A stretch of DNA of 64,000 nucleotides from Patescibacteria group bacterium (lineage in GTDB: Bacteria; Patescibacteriota; Microgenomatia; UM-FILTER-40-11). Position 1 is the stretch's first letter, and each line of letters opens with the position of its first letter. This document shows positions 36,848-47,025 of this stretch, piece after piece. The notes under the pieces were generated by a model that saw nothing but the letters and a program-made list of their open reading frames with translations, searched no databases and was not told the DNA's origin. The stretch lies in the NCBI GenBank assembly GCA_035530075.1, contig DATKVM010000005.1, positions 167,006 through 231,005 of the forward strand, read 5' to 3'. Made by a program: the position numbers and the translations under genes.

Positions 36848-37634
36848 GAGAGGTCTCCGTGATCATCTTACCTTTATTAACATAACGATTAACCAACCAT
36901 TGCTGAAGGAGGGTAAAAAGAGAAAAGATCAACCAGTAGAGCATTACTCCTGACGGCATGGTATAGGCCAAAATTAGAGTCATTAAGGGGAAAAAATAGA
37001 GCATCTGTTTCTGCATCATCGTCGAAATATCATCGCTTTGGGTTTCAGTGGCCTTGGCCCCTTTTTCTTGAACCTTAACGACAGGCATCATCATTTTCGA
37101 GGAGAGAAATTGAAAAACTGTGGCTAAAATCGCCAGTATCCCAGGGAGAGCCACAAAGCCGGGAATTTGGATTAGGTCGGGACGGCTCAAATCAAAAAAC
37201 AAGAACTGAAAATTAAAGGTAGAGTTGGGGGGCAATTGAGCAAAAGAATAAAGACTCCGGTTAAGAGTTTCCGCCGCGCTAGCGCCCGCCCTCATAACTT
37301 GATTGAAAACTTGAAACATGGAAATTAAAATGGCGAAGTTCAAAATTTGCGGCAGACAGCCAGCGGTCGGATTAATGCCGTGCTTCTTATAAAGTTCCAT
37401 CTGGGCCTGCATTAGTTTTTGTTTATTCTTTCCGAACTTCGTTTTTATTTTTTCCATTTCTGGACCCAACTCCTGTATCTTTTGGGCGGATTTCATTTGG
37501 GGATTGGTGAGGGGAATTAGGAGGAGACGAACTAAAGCCGTTAAGGCAATCGTCGCCAAGCCCAAATTAGAAAAAAAGATTTTGTAAAAAAGGATTAAGA
37601 CATTTAAAATTGGTTGCGCCAGAATTTGAAACAT
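36840..37634 (-). CDS. yidC: membrane protein insertase YidC (short Gram-positive/Oxa1-like form)
   Basis: 264 aa with 5 TM helices. YidC/Oxa1 core motifs are present, and the gene sits in the rnpA-yidD-yidC-jag cluster. Confidence 0.9.
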   Translation of the reverse strand: MFQILAQPILNVLILFYKIFFSNLGLATIALTALVRLLLIPLTNPQMKSAQKIQELGPEMEKIKTKFGKNKQKLMQAQMELYKKHGINPTAGCLPQILNFAILISMFQVFNQVMRAGASAAETLNRSLYSFAQLPPNSTFNFQFLFFDLSRPDLIQIPGFVALPGILAILATVFQFLSSKMMMPVVKVQEKGAKATETQSDDISTMMQKQMLYFFPLMTLILAYTMPSGVMLYWLIFSLFTLLQQWLVNRYVNKGKMITETSHE

Positions 37635-37681
37635 ACTTTTAAATTACTTTAGAAGGACAAAAAACAAATTTTGGTTAAATT

Positions 37682-37918
37682 TTATCTTAGAGGGTCCTTA
37701 CCGCCTTTGCTCCAAGGGTGACACCTGACAATCCTTCTCACTCCTTTCCAGCCACCGCTCATTATACCATATTTTTCGATCGCCTGACGGGCATACTCGG
37801 AACAAGAGGGCTGAAAACGACAAGCCTTATCGGTTAAAAAAAGCATTTTAAGAAGACCGGCGTCAAAAGAAAGATATTTTTGATAGAACCGAATTAAGCA
37901 AAGGACTAATTGCTTCAT
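37682..37918 (-). CDS. yidD: membrane protein insertion efficiency factor YidD
   Basis: 78 aa with the Cys motif CRFQPSCSEYARQAIEKYG and the HPWSKGGKDP ending, characteristic of YidD. Confidence 0.85.
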   Translation of the reverse strand: MKQLVLCLIRFYQKYLSFDAGLLKMLFLTDKACRFQPSCSEYARQAIEKYGIMSGGWKGVRRIVRCHPWSKGGKDPLR

Positions 37919-38238
37919 TTAATTTTTCTTTCAAATTCCTCCATTTCTTTAATAAAATCTTCCCGGGTTCCGGCAAGGCTACTTTTCTTAGCTAAGAAAA
38001 GAAACTTGCCCTCTTTGCCCCCAAATTCCTCTTTGACCACCGCCATAAGCAATCGCTTCACCCGGTTTCTCTCAACTGCTTTTTTGGAAATCTTATTCGA
38101 GATAATTAAGCCAAATTTTTGCTCGTTAGGGTAGGGTTGAAAAACCAAACCAAAAAAGCGTCCTTGGAGAATGTGCGACCGGCTTTCTTTTATTTTCGTA
38201 ATTTCTTTTCTCGTTAGGCGATGTTTTCGAGGAAGCAT
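37915..38238 (-). CDS. rnpA: ribonuclease P protein component
   Basis: 107 aa basic protein. It starts MLPRKHRL and has the NRVKRLL (RNR-like) motif. It overlaps yidD by 4 nt. Confidence 0.85.
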   Translation of the reverse strand: MLPRKHRLTRKEITKIKESRSHILQGRFFGLVFQPYPNEQKFGLIISNKISKKAVERNRVKRLLMAVVKEEFGGKEGKFLFLAKKSSLAGTREDFIKEMEEFERKIK

Positions 38239-38266
38239 CTAGCTCACTTACTTATCACGCTCAATC

Positions 38267-38410
38267 TTAACCGGAAACGGTGACTTTCTTTCTCCCTTTT
38301 ACTCTCCGGCGTTTAATAACCTTCCGGCCGTTATGAGTCGCCATCCGACTCCTGAATCCATGCTTTCTTAGTCTTTTGGTTTTTTTAGGTTGATAGGTTC
38401 GTTTGGGCAT
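38267..38410 (-). CDS. rpmH: 50S ribosomal protein L34
   Basis: Manual translation gives [47 protein letters not shown], canonical L34. It was not in the ORF track (47 aa). Confidence 0.85.
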   Translation of the reverse strand: MPKRTYQPKKTKRLRKHGFRSRMATHNGRKVIKRRRVKGRKKVTVSG

Positions 38411-38556
38411 ATTTTCTCCTATTGTCCGAAATTATATTTAAAAACACTGTAGTTTCTGTCGTAATTATAGCTTAAATAACCAAAAGTGCAAAGTTAAAAA
38501 TTCAAAGTGACAATTCAAAATCAAAAGAAGGCTTGAAATTCTAACTTATATTCTCC

Positions 38557-38585
38557 TTGACAAATTGTGGATAACTTCTTATGAT
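38557..38585 (+). promoter_or_regulatory. dnaA promoter (TTGACA-17bp-TATGAT) with perfect DnaA box TGTGGATAA in the spacer
   Basis: TTGACA at 38557-38562 and TATGAT at 38580-38585. The consensus DnaA box at 38567-38575 is the classic dnaA autoregulation layout. Confidence 0.5.
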
Positions 38586-38638
38586 GAATTTACTTTCGCT
38601 GTCTCCTGCCCAAAGTTATCAGTAAGGAAGACTGGTCT

Positions 38639-39991
38639 ATGAACAATAATTTCCTTTGGAAAAGCATTCAAGAAGAACTAAAAATTTCCGTTTCAAAAGC
38701 AATTTTTCAAACTCTTTTTCAAGGCACTCAATTGGTTTCTTTGGAGAACAATATCGCCACCATTGGTTGTCCCTCCGGTTATATCCAAAATTTAATCGAA
38801 AGCCGCTACTACAGTCTTTTAAAAGATGTCCTGGACCGGCAGACCAAAAATAACAACAGCCTTGTTTTTGTAATTAAGCCCCTCGCTTCTTCGCCCCTAG
38901 ACAGCGGTCCTCTCTTCAGTCAAAGCGCTACTTCCGAATCTGTCGTTCCTCGCATCGACCATCGTTTACGGTCAGATTTTACCTTTGAAAACTTCGCTGT
39001 TTCTTCTTCTAATCAACTTCCGTTTGCGGCCGCGACGGCCGTAGCCAGAAATCCTGGCAGCGCTTACAATCCGCTCTTCTTGTGGGGTGGGGTAGGAGTT
39101 GGCAAAACTCACTTAATGCAAGCGATTGGTCATGAAATTCTTAAAAAGAACCCGTCGGCCAAAGTCCTTTACTGTTTGGGCGAAGAATTTACCAACGAAA
39201 TTATTAATGCTATTCGAAACAAAACCACCGACCAGTTCAAAAAGAAATATCGAAGCACTAAAGTTTTACTCTTAGATGATGTTCAGTTTATCGCTGGCAA
39301 ACTTACCGTTCAAGAAGAATTTTTTCATACTTTTAATGCCGTTCAAAGAGAAGGCGGCCAAATTGTTCTAACCAGTGACCGCCCACCGGAAGAAATTGCT
39401 AAGTTAGAGGAACGGCTTAAGTCTCGCTTTGAGGCCGGTTTAATTGTCGATATTCCGACGCCCGATTTTGAACTAAGAACGGCCATTCTTCTCATCAAGG
39501 CTCGACAACGCAAACTGGAACTGGCGATGGACATCGCTCAGCTGATCGCTGCCAATATTGAGTCTAACCGCAAAATGGAGGGCTTTTTGACCCGATTAGT
39601 CACGGAGGCAGAAACGAGAGGTGTCTCCCTTTCGGTTGAGCTGGTAAACTCACTTTTGGGCAAAACCCTGGCAGAGAAGGAACTGGGGGAGAAAAATATC
39701 AAGCCTAAAGAAGTAATTGAAGCGGTGGCCAACTATTACCACCTCAAAGCCGCTCAATTAAAAAGTCAAAGCCGAGTAAAAGAAATTGCCTTTCCGCGTC
39801 AGGTTTTAATGTACCTTTTACGAGCGGAATTGAACTTGCCTTTAATGGAAGTTGGCAAGTTGCTGGGTGGTCGTGACCACACCACCATTATGTATGGTGT
39901 GGATAAGATTACCAACTTACTTCGGGAAAAGGAGGATTTACGAGTGGATATTTCTGGGATAAAACAGCGCCTTTCCCTACACCTCACCTAG
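38639..39991 (+). CDS. dnaA: chromosomal replication initiator DnaA
   Basis: 450 aa. AAA+ Walker A (GGVGVGKTHL), a sensor region and a C-terminal DnaA-box-binding domain (LPLMEVGKLLGGRDHTTIMYG). Confidence 0.97.
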   Translation: MNNNFLWKSIQEELKISVSKAIFQTLFQGTQLVSLENNIATIGCPSGYIQNLIESRYYSLLKDVLDRQTKNNNSLVFVIKPLASSPLDSGPLFSQSATSESVVPRIDHRLRSDFTFENFAVSSSNQLPFAAATAVARNPGSAYNPLFLWGGVGVGKTHLMQAIGHEILKKNPSAKVLYCLGEEFTNEIINAIRNKTTDQFKKKYRSTKVLLLDDVQFIAGKLTVQEEFFHTFNAVQREGGQIVLTSDRPPEEIAKLEERLKSRFEAGLIVDIPTPDFELRTAILLIKARQRKLELAMDIAQLIAANIESNRKMEGFLTRLVTEAETRGVSLSVELVNSLLGKTLAEKELGEKNIKPKEVIEAVANYYHLKAAQLKSQSRVKEIAFPRQVLMYLLRAELNLPLMEVGKLLGGRDHTTIMYGVDKITNLLREKEDLRVDISGIKQRLSLHLT

Positions 39992-39994
39992 GTT

Positions 39995-40184
39995 TTACAC
40001 TTATCAACAAAGATGGGGAAAGTTATCAACAAACTTGCTCACAATAAGTTAGGCATGTTGTAAACAGAAAGATAACCCGAAAATCGAAGCAAGCCTAGAA
40101 AAATATCAACTTTTACACAACGCCTACTACTACTACTACTATTTAAATAGATATTTAGTTAAAATTGATAAACAAAGGAGAGAA
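39995..40184 (+). promoter_or_regulatory. candidate oriC segment (dnaA-dnaN intergenic DnaA-box cluster)
   Basis: Two TTATCAACA boxes (40001-40009, 40023-40031) plus AGATAACCC and ATATCAACT variants, an AT-rich stretch and a (TAC)5 tract at 40126-40142. Confidence 0.45.
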
Positions 40185-41300
40185 ATGAAAATTCAAATTC
40201 TTCAGGAAAACCTTAACCGGGGTCTTAATATCGCTTCGCGATCTATTTCTTCTAAAGCTCAACTTCCCATTTTGGCAAATCTGCTTTTGAAAACCGATAA
40301 AAACCGACTCCAAATTTCCGCCACTAATTTAGAAATGGGAATTGCTCTTTGGTTAGGAACAAAAGTCGAAAAAGAAGGAGAGATTACGGTTCCGGCGAAA
40401 ATCTTAACGGAAATAGCGGCTTCCTTGCCACCGGGGAAAATAGATTTAACCGCGGAAGGCAATCTCTTAAAAATTGTCACTGAAGGTTATGAGGCAACCC
40501 TTAACGGGATCCCGGCTGGCGAGTTTCCCAAACTCCCCAGCTATAACGGGGAGGCACTTTTCTCTCTTCCAACCGAAAAATTCTTGGAAGCGATTAATCA
40601 GGTTGCTTTTGCGGCCGCTTCCGATGAAGGGCGGCCGGTCTTAACCGGAGTTTTGTTTAAACTGCAAGGGAAAAGACTCTCTTTGGCGGCGACTGACGGA
40701 TACCGGCTTTCTTTAAAAACCTTGGAACTAGAAAACCCCACCAAAGAGGACGTTTCTTTGCTCTTGCCCGCCAAAACCTTAATGGAGGTGGGACGGATTA
40801 TTGCCGATGAAAAATCTCCCACGGTTAAAATGGGATTCACTCGAGAGCAAAATCAAGTGGTCTTTGTCTTTTCCGATTTGGAACTTTTCTCGAGGGTAAT
40901 CGAAGGAGAATTCCCTGATTATGAAAAAATCATCCCCCAAAATCTTACCAGCAAGCTGGTTTTAGATCGGGAAGAATTTAGCCGAGCCATTAAAGTGGTG
41001 GCTATTTTTGCCCGGGATTCAGCCAATATTGTCCGATTAAAAATCAACAAGGACTCTTTAGAGATGAGCGCTAATTCACCCCAAGTAGGGGAGAATAAAA
41101 ACTCTCTTTCGGCTAAGCTTGAAGGAGAAGAAGGGGAAATTGCCTTTAACTTCCGCTTTTTACAAGGATTTTTAGGGGCAGTAACCACGGAAGAGATTTC
41201 TCTGGAAACGAATGGTTCTTTAAACCCCGGGGTTTTTAAGGCAGTGGGGGATGACTCTTTTCTTCACATTATTATGCCGGTCAGGCTACAGACAGAGTAA
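40185..41300 (+). CDS. dnaN: DNA polymerase III beta sliding clamp
   Basis: 371 aa with a three-domain clamp layout and typical N-terminus MKIQILQENLNRGLNIASRSIS. AAAGGAG RBS. Confidence 0.95.
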   Translation: MKIQILQENLNRGLNIASRSISSKAQLPILANLLLKTDKNRLQISATNLEMGIALWLGTKVEKEGEITVPAKILTEIAASLPPGKIDLTAEGNLLKIVTEGYEATLNGIPAGEFPKLPSYNGEALFSLPTEKFLEAINQVAFAAASDEGRPVLTGVLFKLQGKRLSLAATDGYRLSLKTLELENPTKEDVSLLLPAKTLMEVGRIIADEKSPTVKMGFTREQNQVVFVFSDLELFSRVIEGEFPDYEKIIPQNLTSKLVLDREEFSRAIKVVAIFARDSANIVRLKINKDSLEMSANSPQVGENKNSLSAKLEGEEGEIAFNFRFLQGFLGAVTTEEISLETNGSLNPGVFKAVGDDSFLHIIMPVRLQTE

Positions 41301-41302
41301 GG

Positions 41303-41944
41303 TTACTTTTTCAGCTTCCAAATAATCTGGTGGGTTGCGGGATCAACTCCCTTGGAGCGAATCCAGTCTAAGACTTCCGCCCGAATTTCGGGAGTATCTT
41401 TAGTTAAGGAAATATAAAGAGTTAAAGGCCTAGTATAACCAATCCAATAATTCTCCGTTTTGTAAGGAACATAATCAAAAAGCGGCATGGCTTCGTAGGT
41501 TTTTCGGCTTAAGTCCCAGTAGTATTTTTCTACTTCTTCTTTGCTTGGAGTTTTACCCCCTGGCGGTGGTCCTAAGAGGTCAGGGACGGTTTTAAAGGAG
41601 AAGGTAAAATAAAAACTAGGGTCTTGGCTGTTTTTAACCTCGATTTTATATTGCGTGTCTGCCGCTAGTTCTTTTTTAGGAATTACTTCCAGAGTTTCTT
41701 TATCGTTTTTTACAGAAAACTCAAAGCTTGGAAAGGGGATAATCTGCCAGCCTTCAGTAGAAATTGGACGGTCAAAAGTTAATTTCAGGGTTTGTTTGGG
41801 ATAAACATTTTGTTGATTATCGGCCGGGTCGGTTCTAATTATTTTTGGAGTTAGTGGCGGAGGGAGTAATAGTTTTAGGCCAAGCAAAACCCCCACGATT
41901 CCTGCAAGAATAATAATCAATTTAGTTTTTTGACCGACTTTCAT
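41303..41944 (-). CDS. membrane-anchored protein with bacterial Ig-like domain
   Basis: 213 aa with an N-terminal TM. A beta-rich segment begins PADNQQNVYPKQTLKLTFDRPI, resembling Big/SbsA-type Ig-like domains. Confidence 0.4.
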   Translation of the reverse strand: MKVGQKTKLIIILAGIVGVLLGLKLLLPPPLTPKIIRTDPADNQQNVYPKQTLKLTFDRPISTEGWQIIPFPSFEFSVKNDKETLEVIPKKELAADTQYKIEVKNSQDPSFYFTFSFKTVPDLLGPPPGGKTPSKEEVEKYYWDLSRKTYEAMPLFDYVPYKTENYWIGYTRPLTLYISLTKDTPEIRAEVLDWIRSKGVDPATHQIIWKLKK

Positions 41945-41968
41945 CTTAGTTAGAATTATAAACCACTT

Positions 41969-44422
41969 TTACTGACAATTACCGCCAGAGCAAAAACGCA
42001 GGTAAACCGATGGTCCGCCGGGCATCCCTGCCGGCGGCCTTTCGATTAACCCGACTCCGCCTTGAAGATCAAAGTTGGCTTCGGCAACCAAGAGTTTCAG
42101 AATTGTGGGGTGGTCTTCCGGTGGTCCAAGAACGGTGCTGATTACGATGCCAATATGTCCCGGTATTCCCCGCCAAACCGCAATATCACCTAGATTCGGC
42201 TCGGCAACCTTTTTATAGAATGAAGGATAGTCGTCGGCATAAAGGCCGGCATGGTCGAAACCACGGTTAATATTTTGGCCAATAGCTTCCGTGATCGCAA
42301 TGACAAATTGAAGACACTGCAGCGGGCATTCTTCCGGCTGACATACTGGGGGACAGCCGGGGGCAGAGTCGTAGCAATGGTAATACTGGAGGACTTCTTT
42401 CAGCCCCATTAAAGCGTCTCCACCGGCCAGGGAAACATTATTAAGACAATTGCTAATTGACGATCGGCTATCCCAATTAATTCGATTTTGATCAAAATTG
42501 CAGGGTGGATGAGTCAATAAGCAAATAACTTCTTCGGCCAAATGGCGGGGAGCTTGACACTCTGGTGGTTTGGCCACTGGCAATCCAGGGGCAGAAGGGG
42601 GACCGCCGCCTCCTCGGCCCAAAAGAGCGCTGTCTTTAACTTGATTATTAGTAAAGAAGGTCAGAAAAGCAATTAGAGCAATCGGGCCAATGGCGACCCA
42701 TTTGACCCAGCCAAATTCGTCTTTTGCTGGTTCCCATTGGCCGGTTATTCCTCCCAGGATTAAATTACCTAAGCCGAAGCCTGAGGTAATAAAGCCACCA
42801 ACCTTTTTTAATCTGGAAAAGACTTTTTTAGTTAGCCACTCTCCCGCTGCTGCCAATGCAGTCGCAATTAAACCACCACCTGGGATAGCAATGTTGAGTA
42901 GCGATGCCAAGCCAATTTTGGTTAGAAAACCCGCGATTCCTTTAGCCGCCACTTGTCTAGCCCCGGTTTTGGCCGTTGCCCAAAGCGCCTCCAGACTTTT
43001 TTGGCTGGCTCTTCTTAACCAAAGCTTAACCGCTTGCCCGGCACCAGTCTTAAAAAACCAATTTTTTACTCCCTGAACAATTTTGCCTAGGGGAGCGGTC
43101 GGCCTGAAAGTAGTAAAGATTTGTCTTACACGATTAATTTGCCAGAAAGTCGGTTCTTGGGAAAAATATTGAGTTTGAAACTGGCGCAATTCGTTAGCCA
43201 ATTGGAATAATTGTTGGCTGGTAAGGGATTGGGGATCGCCGGTAAGCCTTTGTTGGATTTGTCCTAGTTTCTCTAGTTCTTCTGCAGGAACGCCACTGGT
43301 TGTCAAGCAATAGAAAAGAGCTTTTTTCGGCTGGTCATTTAAGTCAGGATGTTTTGTTTGCCAGTGATTGCCCCAAGGATTGCCGGAAATTTCATAAAGT
43401 CCCACAAAAGGAACAAGTTTTTCATTAACAACCATTACTAGCGGAGAAAAAAGAGAGGCTTCGCCAGAAAGTGAACTGGCAGGCACAGATTTTTCTGCTT
43501 CTTTAGCTAACCGAAGAGCACGAGGATAGATTTTCTCTAAAGGAATTCCTTTAAATTCTTCTTTTGCCTGCAAAGCAGCGGTTTTTGCCACTCTTTCCCA
43601 GCCCAAATCTTTGGCCAGGGGCGCGAGAGAAACCAAGTTAGCCTCCAGGGTTTCTTTTAAGCGAAGTGCTTGTTCTTGTCTTAATGGCTGACTAAGGGAT
43701 TGAAGGCGCTCGGTTAAAGAGACTCTCTGATTGGCAGGCTGGTTTAATTGCTCGGCGAGCAAACTGAAGGTTTCTAAGGAAAGCGGCAGTTCTTTGGCTC
43801 CTTCCAGGGCGGTAGCTGGTAGAGTTTGTTGCCCAAGCAGTCCTTCCCACTCCTTTTGAAGAATGGCTTCTTTTTCAATCTGAGAAAGATTAGGGTTTGC
43901 CGCTGTTTTTCGAATAGAATTGGAAAAATCGCTGTCCGGCGGGAGATTTTCAATAATAGTTTGCCATTCAGGAGGGGGTTGGGCTTCAGGTTGGATTGAA
44001 GTCTCTTTGAGGGCTTTCAAGAGTTTTCTTCGGTTGTTCAAATCCTTTGCTAACTTACTTACCTCTTGGGCTAGCCCTTCCTGCTTGGCTGCCTCTTCAG
44101 CTTCTTTCTCTTTTTTCCGGCTTAATTCATCTCCTAGTTCAGCTAAGTTAACCGGAACGCTCCCGCCACCAGTTAGTTCTTCCTGTTTGAAAAGCCATTC
44201 CAGCCGCTCAAAAACTTCCTCAAAGGCTAAACTCTCATATTCTTCCAGGCTAATGAGCGTTAAGTTCAAAGCGTAAACTCGCAGAACTTGGTCAATTTGA
44301 TCAAAATCGGTTTCTTTCCCCTGCCGGTTCTTCAAGTCCAGAAACGAGCGTGCTTGACTGAGGAGTGAGGGGAGGTCAGCTAAGTAATTAAGGGTTTGGT
44401 TTTGGTTGAGCTGGTTGACCAT
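41969..44422 (-). CDS. T4SS-associated polytopic protein with C-terminal CHAP/NlpC-P60-type peptidoglycan hydrolase domain (PrgK/TraG-like)
   Basis: 817 aa. A helical N-half is followed by Gly-rich TM helices. The C-terminal domain has a Cys then His arrangement (CLQFV...GDIAVWRGIPGHIGIV) as in CHAP amidases. It is translationally coupled to the VirB4 gene (35-nt overlap). Confidence 0.55.
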   Translation of the reverse strand: MVNQLNQNQTLNYLADLPSLLSQARSFLDLKNRQGKETDFDQIDQVLRVYALNLTLISLEEYESLAFEEVFERLEWLFKQEELTGGGSVPVNLAELGDELSRKKEKEAEEAAKQEGLAQEVSKLAKDLNNRRKLLKALKETSIQPEAQPPPEWQTIIENLPPDSDFSNSIRKTAANPNLSQIEKEAILQKEWEGLLGQQTLPATALEGAKELPLSLETFSLLAEQLNQPANQRVSLTERLQSLSQPLRQEQALRLKETLEANLVSLAPLAKDLGWERVAKTAALQAKEEFKGIPLEKIYPRALRLAKEAEKSVPASSLSGEASLFSPLVMVVNEKLVPFVGLYEISGNPWGNHWQTKHPDLNDQPKKALFYCLTTSGVPAEELEKLGQIQQRLTGDPQSLTSQQLFQLANELRQFQTQYFSQEPTFWQINRVRQIFTTFRPTAPLGKIVQGVKNWFFKTGAGQAVKLWLRRASQKSLEALWATAKTGARQVAAKGIAGFLTKIGLASLLNIAIPGGGLIATALAAAGEWLTKKVFSRLKKVGGFITSGFGLGNLILGGITGQWEPAKDEFGWVKWVAIGPIALIAFLTFFTNNQVKDSALLGRGGGGPPSAPGLPVAKPPECQAPRHLAEEVICLLTHPPCNFDQNRINWDSRSSISNCLNNVSLAGGDALMGLKEVLQYYHCYDSAPGCPPVCQPEECPLQCLQFVIAITEAIGQNINRGFDHAGLYADDYPSFYKKVAEPNLGDIAVWRGIPGHIGIVISTVLGPPEDHPTILKLLVAEANFDLQGGVGLIERPPAGMPGGPSVYLRFCSGGNCQ

Positions 44423-46370
44423 TCTCCATAATTATCTCACTTTTAAATCGAGGCGGTAAAGATGAAGTCGGGTTTTGGGCCACCGGCGGCGGGGGAGATG
44501 GGGGTGGAGAAGGAATTGGCGGAGGGGTAGGCGGGGGAGTAACGGGTGCGGTTGGTTGGGCTCTCTGTGCCAAAATTTCCTGAGGCTTGGAAGTGACCAG
44601 CTGGTGTTCTTGGGGAGAGGCCATCGCCCGCATGGCCACATGATTGCTGCCGGCGAAAAAGAGACCTTCGCCGACATCGCAAGCCAGAAGAAACTGTTTT
44701 TCTCCCTCGGAAAGATAAAAAACTTGACCAATCTTATCAATTGCCGCCGAATGCTGCTTCATTAAAATCTGAATGGAAGAGTTGGTGACAATCGCTTTGC
44801 CTAAGTCATTTTTTAAAAAGTCTTCTACATCTTGAGTGATGGTGGTTACTCCCAGGTAGTATTTTCGGGCTCTTTTGGCGATTGAATTTAAGAAGTTGGC
44901 CGAATCAGGCGTTTGCATCATAAACCAGGCCTCATCAACGACTAAGATTCTTTTTTTCAATTCCTTGCGTACCTTGGTCCAAATAAAGTCCAGAACAATA
45001 AACATGGCAATGGGGCGCAGAGTGCTTTCTATATCCCGGAGAGAAAAGACAGTAAAGGGATTGCGAATGTCAACGTTAGAATACTGGTCAAAAATCCCGA
45101 CAAATGACCCTTTCACAAATTTCTCAATTCGGTCCGCCAGCAAGCGGGATTGCGAGTCCTCCATGCCGATTAAAACTTTGTAAAGGTCTTCCATTAAAGG
45201 CGGTTCTTTCGTCTGGCTTCCTGGGTCTTGAGTAATTCCTTTCATCTGGTAAGTCATAATTAAAGCGCGGTCCAAAATTGCTTCTTCCGTGGCGTTTAGT
45301 TCGCCCATAATTACTTTGAAAAGAGAATGGAGAGAAAGGATTTTATTGTTAAGTTCGTTTTCTCCCTCTTCCCGGACCTGAGAAAGGTCAAAAGGATTAA
45401 CCTTGGCTTGAGAATTGAAACCAAAGCTAATATATTCGCCGCCGACCGCCTGACAGAGAGTTTCATACTCGTTTTCTGGGTCGATGACAATAATTTCAGC
45501 ATCAAACATTAGCGAGCGCAGAATTTCCAGCTTTACCAAATAGCTTTTGCCCGCTCCCGCTTTAGCAAAAACGACACTATTATAATTCTCCAAAGTGAAC
45601 CGATCGAAAATAATCAGGGAACCATTGTGTTCATTAATCCCGTATAAAATTCCCTCGTTAGCGGTTAACTCCGAAGAAGTAAAAGGAAAAGTTGTGGCCA
45701 GTGAGGTGGTGTCCATATTGCGGGTGATATTTAGGTAATCCAAACAAAGCGGTAGAGTGGTCTTAAAACCTTCTTCCATTTGGAGAGTGGCGTGTTTGGG
45801 AATAATCATCAGAGAGGCTAAAGTAGATTCCACTCCGCGGGAAATTTCGTTTAATTCTTCGATGCCTTCTGCTTGAATAGTCACGTAAAGCCCAAATTGG
45901 AAAAATCGCTCGGCTCCCTTAACTAACTGTTCCTGCATCACTCGGGCGTCTTCTAGTTTGGCTTGAGTGGCGGGGTCGGCCACTCGACCCCTTTCCATAT
46001 CGGTGGCAATTTCTGCCTCCATTTCGGCAATTTTTCTTCTCAAATCATCCAAAACCGTTTTGCTTTCGACGGGATAGACAAAGAGGGCAATATCGAGCGA
46101 ATGATCATAATTGACCAGAGGGGAAAGCCAGTTGGCACTAACATAACGAGGATAACCGGCGACAAAAAGAGTGCGGACGAAATGATTGTTAATTTTTAGA
46201 TGGTCAAAGTCCACTTCAATCGCCGAAGGCGCAATCGTATCTTGAGCCGTTGAGGTAGTTGGGGGCTGACTGGGACCGCTGGTCACGATTGGCGGTTTAA
46301 GATTGGGGATTTTCCCCTTTAGTTGCTTTAATTTATCGAGATTGATATTTTTTAATAAATCAGTTTTCAT
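44388..46370 (-). CDS. VirB4/TraE/PrgJ-family type IV secretion ATPase
   Basis: 660 aa with Walker A (AKAGAGKSY) and Walker B (RILVVDEAWFMM). The domain order matches VirB4/CagE-TrbE, and the C-terminal tail is Pro-rich. Confidence 0.85.
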   Translation of the reverse strand: MKTDLLKNINLDKLKQLKGKIPNLKPPIVTSGPSQPPTTSTAQDTIAPSAIEVDFDHLKINNHFVRTLFVAGYPRYVSANWLSPLVNYDHSLDIALFVYPVESKTVLDDLRRKIAEMEAEIATDMERGRVADPATQAKLEDARVMQEQLVKGAERFFQFGLYVTIQAEGIEELNEISRGVESTLASLMIIPKHATLQMEEGFKTTLPLCLDYLNITRNMDTTSLATTFPFTSSELTANEGILYGINEHNGSLIIFDRFTLENYNSVVFAKAGAGKSYLVKLEILRSLMFDAEIIVIDPENEYETLCQAVGGEYISFGFNSQAKVNPFDLSQVREEGENELNNKILSLHSLFKVIMGELNATEEAILDRALIMTYQMKGITQDPGSQTKEPPLMEDLYKVLIGMEDSQSRLLADRIEKFVKGSFVGIFDQYSNVDIRNPFTVFSLRDIESTLRPIAMFIVLDFIWTKVRKELKKRILVVDEAWFMMQTPDSANFLNSIAKRARKYYLGVTTITQDVEDFLKNDLGKAIVTNSSIQILMKQHSAAIDKIGQVFYLSEGEKQFLLACDVGEGLFFAGSNHVAMRAMASPQEHQLVTSKPQEILAQRAQPTAPVTPPPTPPPIPSPPPSPPPPVAQNPTSSLPPRFKSEIIMENGQPAQPKPNP

Positions 46371-46371
46371 C

Positions 46372-47025
46372 TTAAGCCTTCTTTTGGGCCTCTCTTTCAG
46401 CCGCGATCATTTCCGCATTATAAATGCCATAATAAAGCTTTATTAGCTCTTTGCTGATTAACTGTTTGGCGACTAAGCCCAGCCGGGCAGAGAGCTTAAT
46501 TAAATGGTCTCTTTTGGGGGTCAAAGCGGTCTTGGCTTTGGTAATGATATAGGTTTTAGCGTAGGGAAGCGAGGTAGTTTTCTTAAAAATTGAGGTGAGG
46601 GTTGGTGCTATTCCTAGCTCTAAAGAGGAAAAGGGGATAACGACATAAAATTTTTTGTCCAGAACATTGTTTTTTTTCACCATCTCGGCTACAAATTTAC
46701 GGTAGGAATTAATTAGGCCGGCCAAAAGGGGAGAGCTGCTCTTTTTCGCTTCTTGTTTTTCTAAAAGGTCCAAGTAGGAAGAGATATCTTTCCTTTCCGA
46801 GCGGAGTAAAATTTGAATTGAAAAAGTGAGTGAGTTCAAAAGAGCTCCATAGGCATAAATAATGGCTTCCTGTTCTCGCTCGGAGAGCAAGTCGAAATTT
46901 AGAGAAGAAACCGATAGAACCATCGCACACGAGCCGTCTTTGAGGATAACTAAATCGTCCTGAATATCCTCTATTGGCAGATGTTCTTGAGTGCTGGCAC
47001 GGATGGGAATTTGGGCAGGGTCCAT
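46372..47025 (-). CDS. hypothetical T4SS-locus protein (soluble)
   Basis: 217 aa with no TM. Its stop lies 1 nt before the VirB4 start, indicating operon coupling. Confidence 0.4.
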   Translation of the reverse strand: MDPAQIPIRASTQEHLPIEDIQDDLVILKDGSCAMVLSVSSLNFDLLSEREQEAIIYAYGALLNSLTFSIQILLRSERKDISSYLDLLEKQEAKKSSSPLLAGLINSYRKFVAEMVKKNNVLDKKFYVVIPFSSLELGIAPTLTSIFKKTTSLPYAKTYIITKAKTALTPKRDHLIKLSARLGLVAKQLISKELIKLYYGIYNAEMIAAEREAQKKA

